Both the position numbers and the translations under genes were made by a program. DNA of 24,000 bases, taken from positions 4,368,147 through 4,392,146 of the forward strand of contig OZ257135.1 of the NCBI GenBank assembly GCA_965279105.1, written 5' to 3'. The stretch's first letter is position 1, and each line of letters opens with the position of its first letter. The notes under the pieces were generated by a model. It made no database searches. It worked only from the letters and a program-made list of their open reading frames with translations, and had not been told where the DNA came from. The stretch comes from Kaistia sp. Lineage in GTDB: Bacteria; Pseudomonadota; Alphaproteobacteria; Rhizobiales; Kaistiaceae. Positions 23,892 through 24,000 of this stretch are shown here, one piece after another.

Positions 23892-24000
23892 ATGACCATC
23901 CGCTCCAAGGGCGTGCGTTCGCGCGTCCTGCCGATGCTTGCCGCCACGCTGCTCGGCCTCGCCGCCGGCGCCGCCCATGCGTCCGACAACAAGATCGCCC
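23892..24000 (+). CDS. Secreted/periplasmic protein, N-terminal fragment (continues beyond the window)
   Basis: GGGAGGA RBS at 23879-23885. MTIRSKGVRSRVLPMLAATLLGLAAGAAHA|SDNKIA is a classic Sec signal peptide with an AHA-S cleavage site. Only 36 codons are visible, so no family call is possible. Confidence 0.6.
   Translation, partial: MTIRSKGVRSRVLPMLAATLLGLAAGAAHASDNKIA

Noticed and set aside
23795-23992. 65-aa minus-strand ORF ending ...NEYRVQYAF, reminiscent of an outer-membrane beta-barrel C-terminal signature; considered as an OMP gene remnant
   Set aside because: Only the last ~8 residues resemble the motif, and the rest is Pro/Ala/Arg-rich. It overlaps the RBS and signal-peptide-encoding start of a convincing plus-strand gene, and there is no upstream barrel-like sequence. 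This is too little evidence for a pseudogene call.
1-24000. Searched by eye for CRISPR arrays, transposase/integrase genes, IS inverted repeats, tRNA/rRNA genes, phage or defence-system genes (restriction, toxin-antitoxin, retron, CBASS-like), and composition-shifted islands
   Set aside because: None were found. There are no regularly spaced direct repeats and no recombinase or nuclease-like ORFs. GC content and codon style look uniform apart from short AT-rich regulatory islands near 10000, 18790, 19545 and 23810. The window appears to be core or accessory metabolic chromosome, not a mobile or defence island.

Overview
This is a high-GC, densely coding chromosomal segment that looks alphaproteobacterial (Rhizobiales-like). 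I can support 21 protein genes from the ORF track plus one 25-codon sORF below the track's length cutoff. Left to right: (i) the 3' part of a yehZYXW/osmF-type osmoprotectant-family ABC operon. (ii) A DUF2934 protein with a Lys/Ala/Pro-rich histone-H1-like tail behind an EcfG-type (GGAAC-N17-CGTT) general-stress promoter. (iii) The classical C4-dicarboxylate module, dctA divergent from dctB-dctD, with a readable sigma-54 promoter and tandem dyad upstream sites. (iv) A second GGAAC-N17-CGTT promoter in front of the 25-aa hydrophobic sORF and a 300-aa membrane protein. (v) A tightly packed 7-gene operon: ROK regulator, M20 amidohydrolase, two tandem paralogous sugar-type binding proteins, permease, a YhfX-like PLP enzyme placed between permease and ATPase, and a single-domain ATPase. 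(vi) A REP/MITE-like repeat and hairpin cluster between convergent genes. (vii) An FCD-type GntR regulator divergent from an SGNH esterase, a sugar-type ABC importer and a beta-lactamase-family serine hydrolase, with a perfect 15-bp palindromic operator candidate. (viii) The start of a secreted protein. I see no rRNA, tRNA, CRISPR array, transposase, integrase, phage gene or recognisable defence system. Many long ORFs in the track are GC-driven antisense or out-of-frame shadows. The best candidate for undescribed biology is operon (v), an uptake and catabolism system whose gene mix does not match a pathway I recognise. That reading, like the two stress promoters, is inferred from gene content and motifs and has not been demonstrated.
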